From an uncultured Oscillospiraceae bacterium (GTDB lineage: Bacteria; Bacillota; Clostridia; Oscillospirales; Acutalibacteraceae): a stretch of DNA of 64,000 nucleotides. The DNA lies in contig CASEZK010000058.1 in the NCBI GenBank assembly GCA_949292425.1, positions 5-64,004 of the forward strand, written 5' to 3'. Made by a program: the position numbers and the translations under genes. The notes under the pieces are model-generated. The model had not been told where the DNA came from. It saw nothing but the letters and a program-made list of their open reading frames with translations, and ran no database searches. Numbering within the stretch: position 1 is the first letter of the stretch; each line of letters begins with the position of its first letter. Shown here piece after piece: positions 39,700-49,405 of the stretch.

Positions 39700-40924
39700 G
39701 CCTTATGGAATTTCGTATTCCATGTAAACTGCACCATGTAAGTCACTCTTTACTTCTTGTCCGTTCACTGTTGGGTATACTTTAAAGAGGCGAGTAGGAA
39801 AGTACCGCCTTACTGCATTTAAACAGCAGGTTTGCACAAACCTCTCACAGAATCGTGCTTACCCGTCTCTGAGTACACTGCTCCCGCTATCACTTGATTG
39901 CACTTGACTTTTTGGATGATGTATTTTAATGTGACATGCCTTGCAAACCACAATGGTTTTTCGCCGTTTAGCTATCATTGCTCGTTCCCAAATATTCTTA
40001 CCTTTGAGATTTTTCAATTTGTTAACGTGATGAATTTCATAATGTTCTGCTTCGCATGCGTCACAAGGTTCACAGGCTTTCGCCTTTAATCGTTTCTCCA
40101 TAGCATAACGAATATACTTAAATCCTTATCCGCTTGTGATTTGCACTGCGTTTTAAACAATTCCTGTTTTGCTAATTTGTATGTTTTATCAGTTCTTGTC
40201 TTTTTTTGCCGTCTGCTTCACTTATCTAGATGTTAAGCTTTTTCATCTTCCGCCTTACAACACTATACTCGTAGGTGAAGTGCTTTTCTTTGGGTTTGTT
40301 TGAGTTTTGTGCAATTCTTGCTAAAATTTTAGCCGTTGGTTGCATATGAGGTTTTCCTCCCTAATTGACTTTTATTTTAGTGCATGATAACTGCGTTACT
40401 TCGCCATGTAATGGGAATTATCTCTCAGACTACCACAGACGCTCCGTTGCCTTATCTGATATTCAGCGTCATCTTTCTCACTGTTGCTTGAAACTTATCA
40501 CCTTGCGGTATTACGCATAGTCTTTTCAGGCATTCCGCTTTAGGCAATCCCCAGTTAGTACTGTGTATTGGTTTGCAGATTGTCGGTTGTGCTTTTGTTT
40601 CATTACCACAGGTTCACCTGCAGGTTGTATGGTGTCGTCGATAACAAACTAACAGACCAATATCGTCAGTTTTTTGCCATACCAAAGGTCTCAGATATTT
40701 TCCTTTGCTCCGGCAAAAAGAGGAACTAGAAACTCACATTCATTAAATCCAAATTCAACCTCGTATCTGCTTAGCATCACAGTTCGGTCGCTTCCGAATA
40801 TCTTTAAAAGACTTACTGCTTTCCTACCATGCTTTGTTCCCGAGTCAGCTTTCGCCTTTCGGTTAGGTAGGTTGCTTCGAGTGTTATCTTACTCGGTAGT
40901 ACCTTACACTACTTTACACCGCAC
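39700..40924 (-). mobile_element. group II intron relic with internally deleted IEP (3' boundary unresolved)
   Basis: The minus strand begins GTGCGGTG at 40924, followed by about 580 nt of ORF-free, structured-looking sequence. A 38-codon ORF (40229-40345, MQPTAKILARIAQNS...) resembles an RT N-terminus. A YIRYA (YADD-region) remnant comes next, followed by an intact HNH C-terminus. Confidence 0.6.
39859..40101 (-). pseudogene. HNH endonuclease C-terminal fragment of a group II intron reverse transcriptase/maturase
   Basis: Sequence CEPCDACEAEHYEIHHVNKLKNLKGKNIWERAMIAKRRKTIVVCKACHIKIHH. No RT or X domain ORF lies upstream. Confidence 0.7.
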
Positions 40925-41649
40925 TCTACTGGGTACACGTTGCCTATTGCGATTATCAGTTTAAGGTAGTAATGATGTATAACCAAGTCATTAATTCGAA
41001 TGATGAGTTGTTTGGGCTTTTTGTGATAAATATGACTTCGTGTACTGGGTACTTTGGTCACCATAGACTATATCACCGCGAAGATTGGTATAAGATAAAT
41101 ATGCGCTCTTAATGTGCTTTTACAAATAGGATACATTTATGCCATTATCTATTTCACTCCAAGCAAGGCTGTGGCATCATAGCAATCAAATATTGATAAG
41201 ACATGCAATTTGCCATTTTTATTTCATTTCTGTTACATTCGGTAACGCAATTTCTCGAGTAACTTACCTGATGAAAATGTATTTTCTGATTTTTGTGCCT
41301 ACCTATGTAATTACGTTTGGGTTACTTTTCGAATGTTTAGAAAGTCCTATTTTCTCCACAGCACAGTAGTAGCCCTTTTACTTGCCATATTTATTTAATT
41401 TTCTTCAGTCATGTTTTTTATTTTCCCTTCTAGGATTCTTAACTCTTTTGACCTTGCTATGTTTATTTTGCTAATTTTGCTGTTTATGTTTTGGAGTATT
41501 ATTTATATTTCTTTGCTGTTATTTTTGTCTCCTAATTTTTTATCATTTTATTAAGAACATCTTATCGGTTTTTTATACTATATCAAGTTTATTGTCAAAA
41601 GATATAATAATTTATTAAACATATTGTTGTTATATGTGAAATATATGAA

Positions 41650-41678
41650 TTGACAAAATATTTGAAATAGTATATAAT
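41650..41678 (+). promoter_or_regulatory. perfect consensus sigma-A promoter
   Basis: TTGACA, 17-nt spacer, TATAAT. Confidence 0.65.
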
Positions 41679-41746
41679 TAATACGTAAGTTTTAGTTTAT
41701 CATTGCTATTTTAAAATGAACCATTATAGAAAAGGAGTAAAAATTT

Positions 41747-43105
41747 ATGAAAAAATTATTAGCTGCAATAATGTGCATTTGTTTAATTACATCAAGCATA
41801 GGCATTTCAGTATCTGCTGCAAACGAAAGTGATGATAACCATACAGATGAAACGCTTATCTCATATTTACTTAAACCTATCCCATATTTACTTAAACCAG
41901 TCTTTTGGGCAGGGTCGCTTATTGATAGCGCTGCTAAGGCAACAGCTTATTCAATTGGGATGGCTTCTCCAATTTTGATAATGATTCTAGTAAACAAATT
42001 TAGTGAACTATATAAGACGCATCAAGCAAGGGCAAACTGTGGAACTATAGACCCTGTTAGAGATCCTATTTTAGTCATAAATAAGTTAGACAGTTACCTG
42101 AAAAATGTAAAAGGGCAAGAAAAAGCCAAGGAAAAACTAAGAAATTTTGTTATAAATTTAGTAGATGAACGTAACAAAAAACTTTCTGGGATTTCTAAAA
42201 AGAAGGGAGCTAATTTAATTTATTTTGTAGGCCCGTCAGGCGTAGGAAAATCTTTATCTGCTGAGATTTTAACCAAAGTTATTACAGGGAATAATTCTCT
42301 ACCATATATAATAGAACCTTCTGATATTGATAAGGGATCTAAAAAGTCTAGTGTTGTAGAACAATTATTTGGAATGAGAGCTAAAAAAATAAATAATTCG
42401 GAATACTACGAATTGTCACCACTTTTGCTGCAACTAAAAGCTACCCCTAATATGGTAGTCATAATAAATGAATATGACAAATTACAAACTAAAGATCTAG
42501 ATGAAAAACTAAGGACTATCTTAGACCAGGGCTATGTAAAAGTAAACGGAGAAACCATAGATTGTTCACACGCAACCTTTATAATTACTTCAAACGAAAG
42601 TTTAGGTTCTATCTCGAAAGGTGCACATGAAGACGACGGTACAGGTTCTCGTACGTATGTAGAACACGACAAAGCATTCTTGAATAGAATCAAGTTTATA
42701 AATTTTGAAAACTTAAGTTTTGAACAATATAAGGAAATAGCACAAGCACCTTGTGCTGATTTACAAAAAAATTACCTAGCTTCATATAAGATATTCGTCG
42801 ATTTTAATGATGCCATAGAAAGAATAGCAGATTTAACTGAAAAGCTGAATCAGGGAGCTAGGCCAATTCAAGACTTTGTAGATAAATTAAATGAAAAGAT
42901 ATTAACCGAAGTTATTCTTAAAAATTCGAAAGACAGAAATTATGAAGGAAAAACGTACAAGGTTTCTTATGATGAGTCAAGAGAAGATTTTGTTGTAAAT
43001 GAAATAAAAAAGCCAGTTAGTGAGTCAACACAAACAGGTGAAAGTGTTGGTGCAAATGCAAATGAAGTAAATAGCAATACAATAAGCTTGCAGCAAACTG
43101 CATAA
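41747..43105 (+). CDS. signal-peptide/TM-anchored standalone AAA+ ATPase resembling ClpA/ClpB NBD2 (torsin-like architecture)
   Basis: Signal peptide MKKLLAAIMCICLITSSIGISVSA|AN, then a TM segment AYSIGMASPILIMILVNKF. Contains VKGQEKAK, Walker A GPSGVGKS, Walker B-like VVIINEYDK, sensor-1 FIITSN and FLNRI. Confidence 0.7.
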   Translation: MKKLLAAIMCICLITSSIGISVSAANESDDNHTDETLISYLLKPIPYLLKPVFWAGSLIDSAAKATAYSIGMASPILIMILVNKFSELYKTHQARANCGTIDPVRDPILVINKLDSYLKNVKGQEKAKEKLRNFVINLVDERNKKLSGISKKKGANLIYFVGPSGVGKSLSAEILTKVITGNNSLPYIIEPSDIDKGSKKSSVVEQLFGMRAKKINNSEYYELSPLLLQLKATPNMVVIINEYDKLQTKDLDEKLRTILDQGYVKVNGETIDCSHATFIITSNESLGSISKGAHEDDGTGSRTYVEHDKAFLNRIKFINFENLSFEQYKEIAQAPCADLQKNYLASYKIFVDFNDAIERIADLTEKLNQGARPIQDFVDKLNEKILTEVILKNSKDRNYEGKTYKVSYDESREDFVVNEIKKPVSESTQTGESVGANANEVNSNTISLQQTA

Positions 43106-43106
43106 T

Positions 43107-43145
43107 AAAAAAGCCAGTCATCTTTTGAAGATGATTGGTTTTTTG
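43107..43145. terminator. bidirectional intrinsic terminator between convergent genes
   Basis: ccagtcatc...gatgattgg stem flanked by an A-run and a T-run. Confidence 0.65.
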
Positions 43146-43149
43146 CTTA

Positions 43150-44142
43150 TTACTCTTCATCAAATTTTTTTATGTACTTTTTAGCTAATGGGTTCGATGA
43201 AATTGCTTTTTCAATTTGCCTATTAGAAACATGAGTATATATCTCAGTAGTGCCCAAGTTAGAATGTCCCAGTATATCCTTTAACACTCTTATATCTACA
43301 TTCCCATGCTGATACATAAGTGTAGCAGCGGTGTGTCTTAGCTTATGAACTGAATAACCCTCATTTTTCAAATTTGCTTTATTTAGGTATTTATATACCA
43401 AAGCTTGTACAGTCTTTGGACTAATTCTTTTTTTTTGTTTACTTATAAACAAAGCATTCCTATCAGCAATTCCATTCATTGGTCTAACTTTTAAATAATT
43501 TTTTATAGCACTATTGCATGCTTCATTTAAGTAAATTATTCTTTCTTTATTACCTTTTCCTGTTAATCTTAAAGTGTTGTCGGATCTTATATCGCTTAAG
43601 TTCATATTTACAAGCTCAGACAAACGCATACCGCAGTTTAAAAAAAGAGTTAATATGCAAAAATCTCTCTCTCTGTAAGTTCCAGTTACACTATTTAACA
43701 ACTCTAAGCTTTCTTCTAATGTTAAAAATTTGGGTAGTGAAGACTTCTTTTTAGGGGTATCGATTTCTTTACATGGGTTTTCATCTATTTGGTGAGTTTT
43801 ATTTGACAAAAAATTGAAAAAGGATCTTAAACATGAAATTTTTCTTGCTTTAGTGGACGAGCTATTTTTTCTTTCATAAGTAAGGTAATTAAAGTAATCG
43901 TAAATATCCGTAAGCGTAATACTTTTTACCATTTGGATATCTATATCATCAATTTTGATATCTTTAAAATTTTCAGAATTTTTGGCCTCAGAATATTTAA
44001 ACTTTTTAATATATCTGAAAAAAGTACGAAGATCTAAGTAATACTCGCTTACTGTCTTAGGTGATTTTCCTTTAATATTCAACATATAATTTAAAAAATC
44101 TTTTATAACTGGTGAGGTAATGCTAAAGTTAGGATTTTTCAT
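43150..44142 (-). CDS. tyrosine recombinase, XerC/XerD-like (start uncertain: 44142, 44184 or 44274)
   Basis: Contains HKLRHTAATLMYQHG...LGHSNLGTTEIYTHV and an N-terminal SAM-like core-binding motif (SPKTVSEYYLDLRTFFRY). Confidence 0.85.
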   Translation of the reverse strand: MKNPNFSITSPVIKDFLNYMLNIKGKSPKTVSEYYLDLRTFFRYIKKFKYSEAKNSENFKDIKIDDIDIQMVKSITLTDIYDYFNYLTYERKNSSSTKARKISCLRSFFNFLSNKTHQIDENPCKEIDTPKKKSSLPKFLTLEESLELLNSVTGTYRERDFCILTLFLNCGMRLSELVNMNLSDIRSDNTLRLTGKGNKERIIYLNEACNSAIKNYLKVRPMNGIADRNALFISKQKKRISPKTVQALVYKYLNKANLKNEGYSVHKLRHTAATLMYQHGNVDIRVLKDILGHSNLGTTEIYTHVSNRQIEKAISSNPLAKKYIKKFDEE

Positions 44143-44470
44143 TTTTATGAACCTCGCTGTTTCTATAAAATTTTCTAAGAACATTGTAACACTTTTAACT
44201 TCCAGTAAACAAGTATGATGTAGAGTATAGGTAGTACCACATAATATGCGAAAAGAATAGCTAAAATAATACAAATAGACTTACAAAAATAATGTTATAA
44301 GTGTAAAATCAATTAAGTCAACAGAGATTTTCTATTAAACGCAAATTATAATGTTGTACAGTTTTTGAAGCTCATTTCGCGTTCTTCTTTAACTAAAAAG
44401 TGATAAACTTAGCCACCTTTATGGCAGCTAAATGTTTTTTTCACAGGTGATTTCGTTAAATTGTCAGTAG

Positions 44471-46168
44471 CTACATATTCCAAAAGTTTTCTATAAAACC
44501 CATAACATCGTTCAAATCTACCTTGTGGGAATCTTTTTCACTACGAACCTTAACTTCAATTTTATTTTCAGCTAAGTTTCTTTTGCTAACTATAACTCTG
44601 ATCGGGGCTCCTAAAAGATCAGCGTCGGCAAATTGAGCTCCTGCTGCGAGGTTTCTATCGTCAAACAACACGTCGTATTTTTTTGATAACTTACTATACA
44701 ACTCGTAGCTTACGTTTTTAACTTCATCTTGGTTTAAGTTTAAAGCACATATTTCCACTTGCCATGGGGCAACGCTCTTTGGCCAAATGGGTCCTTTGTC
44801 GTCATGACTGTTTTCCACTATGCAGGCTAATAGCCTTCCTACACCTATTCCGTAGCACCCCATAACAGGATTTAACAGTTTGCCGTTTTTGTCCGTATAT
44901 GTCATATGCATAGTTTCTGTATATTTTTTGCCAAGCTGAAATATATTTCCGACCTCTATGCCCCTTCTAACTGTTAAATCACCGCCACAATGAGCACATT
45001 TATGGCTAGATTCAACTTTATAAAAGTCAAAAAACTTATGCACTGTTATATCTCTGCTCATGCTAAATCCAACTTTGTGATATCCATGCTTATTAGCGCC
45101 ACAAACTAAATTTTCTTCGCCGGCTAAAGATTTATCATATATAACTTTAAACTTAGTGTGAAAATCTTCACAAGGTCCAATATAGCCGATTTTTAATCCA
45201 TAGTCTTCCGGGTTTGGAAGTTCACGAATCTCTTCGCCAAGCATATTGCGAAGTTTAGCTTCATTTACCTGCAAGTCTCCCCTTAAAAACACGATAACAA
45301 TCTGATTAGATATCGCTGTCAAGAAAACGACAGCTTTAACTGTGTGGCTTTTACTTATGTTAAGATAGCTTGCAAGATCATCTATCGTTTTTATTTTGGG
45401 CGTATAAACTTCTTTTAGTTCCTGCGTTTGCACACTTTCTTTGTCGATATTAGAAACAGCAACTTCCATATTTGCCTTATAGTCGCAATTATCGCACAGG
45501 ACGATGGAGTCTTCACCGGCGGGAGATAAAAACATAAATTCGTGGGCTATATTTCCGCCCATCATTCCAGAATCAGAGCAGATTGAGACAACGCCGTCAA
45601 GACCAACTCTTTTAAATATATTCTCATATGCTTTATGAACTTTTTCGTAATACTGCTCGAGATCTGCTTGTGACGTATGGAATGAATAGGCATCTTTCAT
45701 AGTAAACTCACGCACTCGAATTAAACCCGCTCTAGCTCGTGGCTCATCACGGAACTTAGTTTGAATTTGGTAAACCATGAAAGGATAGTCAAGGTACGAC
45801 CTTGCTTCGCTGCGAGCCAAATGAACAACTGCCTCTTCGTGAGTCATAGCCAAGACCATATCTCTATTTGCCCTGTCTTTGAACCTCAAAAGTTCATTTC
45901 CAACAGAAGAAAATCTACCAGACTCTTTCCACAACTCTGCAGGCAATGTAACCGGCAAAAGTATTTCTTGCCCGCCTATTTTTTCCATTTCATCTCTTAT
46001 GATATTCTCTATTTTTTTTTGTATTTTCATAGCAGGAGCCAAAAGTGAATAGATCCCGCTGCCCACATTTCTTATATATCCACCTCTTAGCAGAAACACG
46101 TGGCTAGGTAAAGTTGCTTCGGCTGGCTTGTCTCGCAAGGTTCTACCTAACAATTTGCTCATTAGCAT
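44471..46168 (-). CDS. proS: proline--tRNA ligase (bacterial type with INS domain)
   Basis: Contains SKLLGRTLRDKPAEA..SH.LLLRGGYI and class II motifs. Confidence 0.93.
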   Translation of the reverse strand: MLMSKLLGRTLRDKPAEATLPSHVFLLRGGYIRNVGSGIYSLLAPAMKIQKKIENIIRDEMEKIGGQEILLPVTLPAELWKESGRFSSVGNELLRFKDRANRDMVLAMTHEEAVVHLARSEARSYLDYPFMVYQIQTKFRDEPRARAGLIRVREFTMKDAYSFHTSQADLEQYYEKVHKAYENIFKRVGLDGVVSICSDSGMMGGNIAHEFMFLSPAGEDSIVLCDNCDYKANMEVAVSNIDKESVQTQELKEVYTPKIKTIDDLASYLNISKSHTVKAVVFLTAISNQIVIVFLRGDLQVNEAKLRNMLGEEIRELPNPEDYGLKIGYIGPCEDFHTKFKVIYDKSLAGEENLVCGANKHGYHKVGFSMSRDITVHKFFDFYKVESSHKCAHCGGDLTVRRGIEVGNIFQLGKKYTETMHMTYTDKNGKLLNPVMGCYGIGVGRLLACIVENSHDDKGPIWPKSVAPWQVEICALNLNQDEVKNVSYELYSKLSKKYDVLFDDRNLAAGAQFADADLLGAPIRVIVSKRNLAENKIEVKVRSEKDSHKVDLNDVMGFIENFWNM

Positions 46169-46290
46169 ATTTTTCCCCTCACTTTGAATGTTTTACATTA
46201 TAAATTTTAGCACAAACGACTCTACAAAGCAAACTTTACCCATTTAGAAATTGCTAATATTCATCAGGAGAGTCAGCTACTGTTCCTCAC

Positions 46291-46890
46291 TTAATCTACA
46301 GGAGCGTTTGGCATTCTCGGGTCTGGCTCTAAAGTCGGGTTAAAGGTGCTTTTAATGGGCTCATTGTCATTATTAATAGTAATGTTTGGTTTTGCTTCAG
46401 TACTATTATTTAGCGTACCGGTTTGCTCTAAGAAACTATGCATGAACCCACCAAGATCTACGGAACAAATGTCACCGGCGATGGCTTTGTTGTTATAAAC
46501 TAAAATATTAGCACGAACACCTTCAGAAATATTTTTGTAGTTTAAAACCTGATAAGTGTACCTAATGCATGCTCTGCCTTTGTATTTTTGTAAATCCATC
46601 CCTTGTTTTTTTTGTATTTCATTGTATTTTTCATAAACTGCGTTAAATGTTTCAGGAACCGTAATTTTTTGCATTTCCAGGGGCTCACAATTTACCTGCC
46701 ACCCAAATTGAGATAAAAAATTAACTCTGTCTTCATTAGTTTTTGCGCACGTGCTGTACTTTTCTGGTATGTCTTCCTCAGAGTTGTGTTGAGATTTAAA
46801 TATAGAGACCCCGATTATTATTGCTATTATTGAAATAAAAAAAAGTAAAAACAATTTTATTTTTTTAGATTTTACTGTAAAAACAAACAT
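46291..46890 (-). CDS. DUF4830-like membrane-anchored protein
   Basis: N-terminal TM segment. FLSQFGWQV...VPETFNAVYEKYNEIQKKQGMDLQKYKG pattern recognised by eye. Confidence 0.55.
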   Translation of the reverse strand: MFVFTVKSKKIKLFLLFFISIIAIIIGVSIFKSQHNSEEDIPEKYSTCAKTNEDRVNFLSQFGWQVNCEPLEMQKITVPETFNAVYEKYNEIQKKQGMDLQKYKGRACIRYTYQVLNYKNISEGVRANILVYNNKAIAGDICSVDLGGFMHSFLEQTGTLNNSTEAKPNITINNDNEPIKSTFNPTLEPDPRMPNAPVD

Positions 46891-47019
46891 ATGATGAATC
46901 CTCCTTTTATTAAAATATATTCAAGCAAGTAAAAATCATGTTTTTATTTTCACATATTTTATCATTAATGATTTTGTGTTAAAATAACTATAAGTAATGA
47001 TTAAGAAGGAGCGACCTGA

Positions 47020-48732
47020 ATGAAAGAAAAAGAAATTTATGAACTCTGGAGAAAAAACGTTGTTGAAGATGCGGACTTAATAGAAGACCTTAAAAAAATA
47101 GAAAATGACGAGAATGAAATATATGACAGATTTTACAAAGACTTGAGCTTCGGAACGGCAGGACTTAGAGGGATAATAGGTGCAGGTAGCAACAGGATGA
47201 ATATTTACACTGTAAGAAAAGCTACGAAAGGCCTTGCAGATTATTTAAACTTAAATTACAAAAGTCCAAGTGTTGCCATATCTTTTGACTCAAGAATAAA
47301 ATCAGATCTTTTTGCAAAAGAAGCTGCTAAAGTTTTAGCCGCAAATGAAATAAAAGTATATATAGTAAAAGAACTTTGCCCTGTGCCATTTTTATCTTTT
47401 GCGGTGCGATCTTTATCTACCAGTGCGGGTATCATGATAACGGCCAGCCATAATCCTTCAAACTACAATGGTTATAAATGCTATGGACCAGATGGTTGCC
47501 AAATGACTGAAAAATCGGCAAATAAGGTTTACGAATTAATAGAAAAAGTGAATATATTCAATGTAAAAACAGCTGATTTTAATGAAGCTGTGAATGAAGG
47601 TAAGATAGTGTTTATAGAAGATGATTTGAAGGAGAAATATTTAGATGCTGTAGAAGCTCAAAGCATAAATAAAAATATTTGTAAAGGTTCTGGGCTTAGG
47701 GTAGTTTATACTCCGCTTAACGGAGCCGGGAACAAATTCGTTAGAGAAATTTTTAACAGAATAGGCGTAGATGACGTACATGTGGTAAAAGAGCAAGAAA
47801 ATTCAGATGGCAACTTTCCAACTTGCAAGTACCCAAACCCGGAAGCTAAAGAAGCTTTGTCACTTGCTGTGAAGTTGGCAAGAAAGGTAGATGCAGATCT
47901 CGTAGTGGCTACAGACCCAGATAGCGACAGGTTGGGCATAGCAGTTAAAAATGGAAACGAATACACTTTCTTGAGTGGCAACGAAGTCGGAATAATGCTG
48001 TTTGAATATATTTTATCTCAGAGAAAATTAAATGGTACTTTGCCTCAAAGACCTTTTGCAGTGAAAACCATTGTTTCTACGGATTTAACGGATAAGATAG
48101 CCGAGAGATACAACTGCGAGTTGAGGGAAGTGCTGACAGGCTTTAAATATATAGGAGAGCAAATTTTAGAGCTTGAAAAGAATGGGCAAGAGGATAGATT
48201 TGTTTTTGGGTATGAGGAAAGCTACGGGTACCTTTCGGGAACATACGTTAGAGACAAAGATGGGGTAGTGGCTTCTATGTTGACCTGTGAATTGGCCGCA
48301 TATTTGAAGAAACAAAACAAAACTTTAGTTGACTTTGTAAATGGCCTCTATGAAGAATACGGGTTTTATGAAAATACGGTTCTGAATTTTGGGTTTAAAG
48401 GTGCACAAGGTTCTGCTAAAATGACAAAAGTTATGGATAATTTAAGAGAAAAACCTTTTAATGAAGTTGCTGGTTATAAAGTTGTAAAGATAGCGGACTA
48501 CAGTGTCCTTAAAACATTCGATATTGCAACTGCAAGAAAAACCAGCATCGATTTGCCTAAATCTAACGTTTTATCTTTTTATTTAGATAAAAACAATAAA
48601 TTGATGATAAGGCCTTCCGGGACTGAACCGAAGATAAAGGCTTATATAACTGCTGTGGGCAAAAGTTTTAGCGAATCTAAAAAAATTACAAAAGAGATCA
48701 CAGATTTTATTTCTAAAATAATTAACGATTGA
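47020..48732 (+). CDS. phosphoglucomutase/phosphomannomutase family (alpha-D-phosphohexomutase)
   Basis: TASHNPSNYNGYK active-site loop, DPDSDR metal loop and GYEESYG sugar loop. Confidence 0.9.
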   Translation: MKEKEIYELWRKNVVEDADLIEDLKKIENDENEIYDRFYKDLSFGTAGLRGIIGAGSNRMNIYTVRKATKGLADYLNLNYKSPSVAISFDSRIKSDLFAKEAAKVLAANEIKVYIVKELCPVPFLSFAVRSLSTSAGIMITASHNPSNYNGYKCYGPDGCQMTEKSANKVYELIEKVNIFNVKTADFNEAVNEGKIVFIEDDLKEKYLDAVEAQSINKNICKGSGLRVVYTPLNGAGNKFVREIFNRIGVDDVHVVKEQENSDGNFPTCKYPNPEAKEALSLAVKLARKVDADLVVATDPDSDRLGIAVKNGNEYTFLSGNEVGIMLFEYILSQRKLNGTLPQRPFAVKTIVSTDLTDKIAERYNCELREVLTGFKYIGEQILELEKNGQEDRFVFGYEESYGYLSGTYVRDKDGVVASMLTCELAAYLKKQNKTLVDFVNGLYEEYGFYENTVLNFGFKGAQGSAKMTKVMDNLREKPFNEVAGYKVVKIADYSVLKTFDIATARKTSIDLPKSNVLSFYLDKNNKLMIRPSGTEPKIKAYITAVGKSFSESKKITKEITDFISKIIND

Positions 48733-48792
48733 CCTTATAAAAGTGAATTTATGGATAAAACTAATTTAGGAAAATAAATTTGATTTTTTATA

Positions 48793-48820
48793 TTGAAACT
48801 TTCAAATGCTGGTGTATAAT
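48793..48820 (+). promoter_or_regulatory. candidate promoter
   Basis: TTGAAA, 16-nt spacer, TATAAT. Confidence 0.5.
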
Positions 48821-48856
48821 ATAAAAATAGGTATAAAATAATGTGGGGGTTGTTGT

Positions 48857-49405
48857 ATGGAATTTTTGAGAAACGTTGGAGAAACTGTTAATAGTGCGAT
48901 TGATTTTGTGGTGGAAAAGAACCGCAAATTTACCAAAACAGCGAAAATTAAACGTCTTATTAAAAAAGAATCAGATTCAATTATTAGATCCTATATTACT
49001 CTTGGTAAGCATTATTATGAGGACTTAAGGGACGTACCGGACAATGCTATGAAGAAGATTTGTGATTCTATAGATGAGTCTAAAAAAGAGATCTCAAAAT
49101 TGAAAGAGAGATTGATTCAAGTAAATATGCAAGGGAACTATTCTGACTATAGAAACTTTGTTGAAGACGATTTAGACTTTTTTGAGCCAACAGAGTGTAG
49201 CTGTACGGAAGAATCTTTAGGTGAATTTTGCCATTGTGCCGAAGACGACAAAACCAGTAAAGATAAGTGCGAGTGTGAAGGAAATGCTGGAACTAAAAAG
49301 GAATGCAACTGTGAAGACGGCGAAAAAAACGAAGATGGCTCATGCAACTGCGACGGAAAAGGGAATAAAAGTACTTCTCGCAAGAACGGTAATAACAGAG
49401 GATAA
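48857..49405 (+). CDS. hypothetical protein with helical N-domain and CxC-repeat (metallothionein-like) acidic tail
   Basis: Five CxC motifs (CSC, CHC, CEC, CNC, CNC) within about 60 aa. Confidence 0.6.
   Translation: MEFLRNVGETVNSAIDFVVEKNRKFTKTAKIKRLIKKESDSIIRSYITLGKHYYEDLRDVPDNAMKKICDSIDESKKEISKLKERLIQVNMQGNYSDYRNFVEDDLDFFEPTECSCTEESLGEFCHCAEDDKTSKDKCECEGNAGTKKECNCEDGEKNEDGSCNCDGKGNKSTSRKNGNNRG

Noticed and set aside
39700-39860. Search for group II intron domain V/VI after the HNH stop (candidates around ATGGAAT-ACGAA-ATTCCAT and GGTCG-GTGA-CGACC)
   Set aside because: Neither candidate can be extended into the canonical 34-nt domain V with an AGC triad and a 2-nt bulge. The 3' intron boundary is left unresolved.
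41139-41369. 76-aa + strand ORF and 40674-40964 ORF in the islet
   Set aside because: The 40674-40964 ORF overlaps the intron ribozyme region. The other has no RBS and a low-complexity hydrophobic composition, so both are likely spurious.
44408-44446. Hairpin plus T7 on the + strand between the recombinase and proS
   Set aside because: The stem is weak, with 4-5 bp and mismatches. There is no + strand gene upstream.
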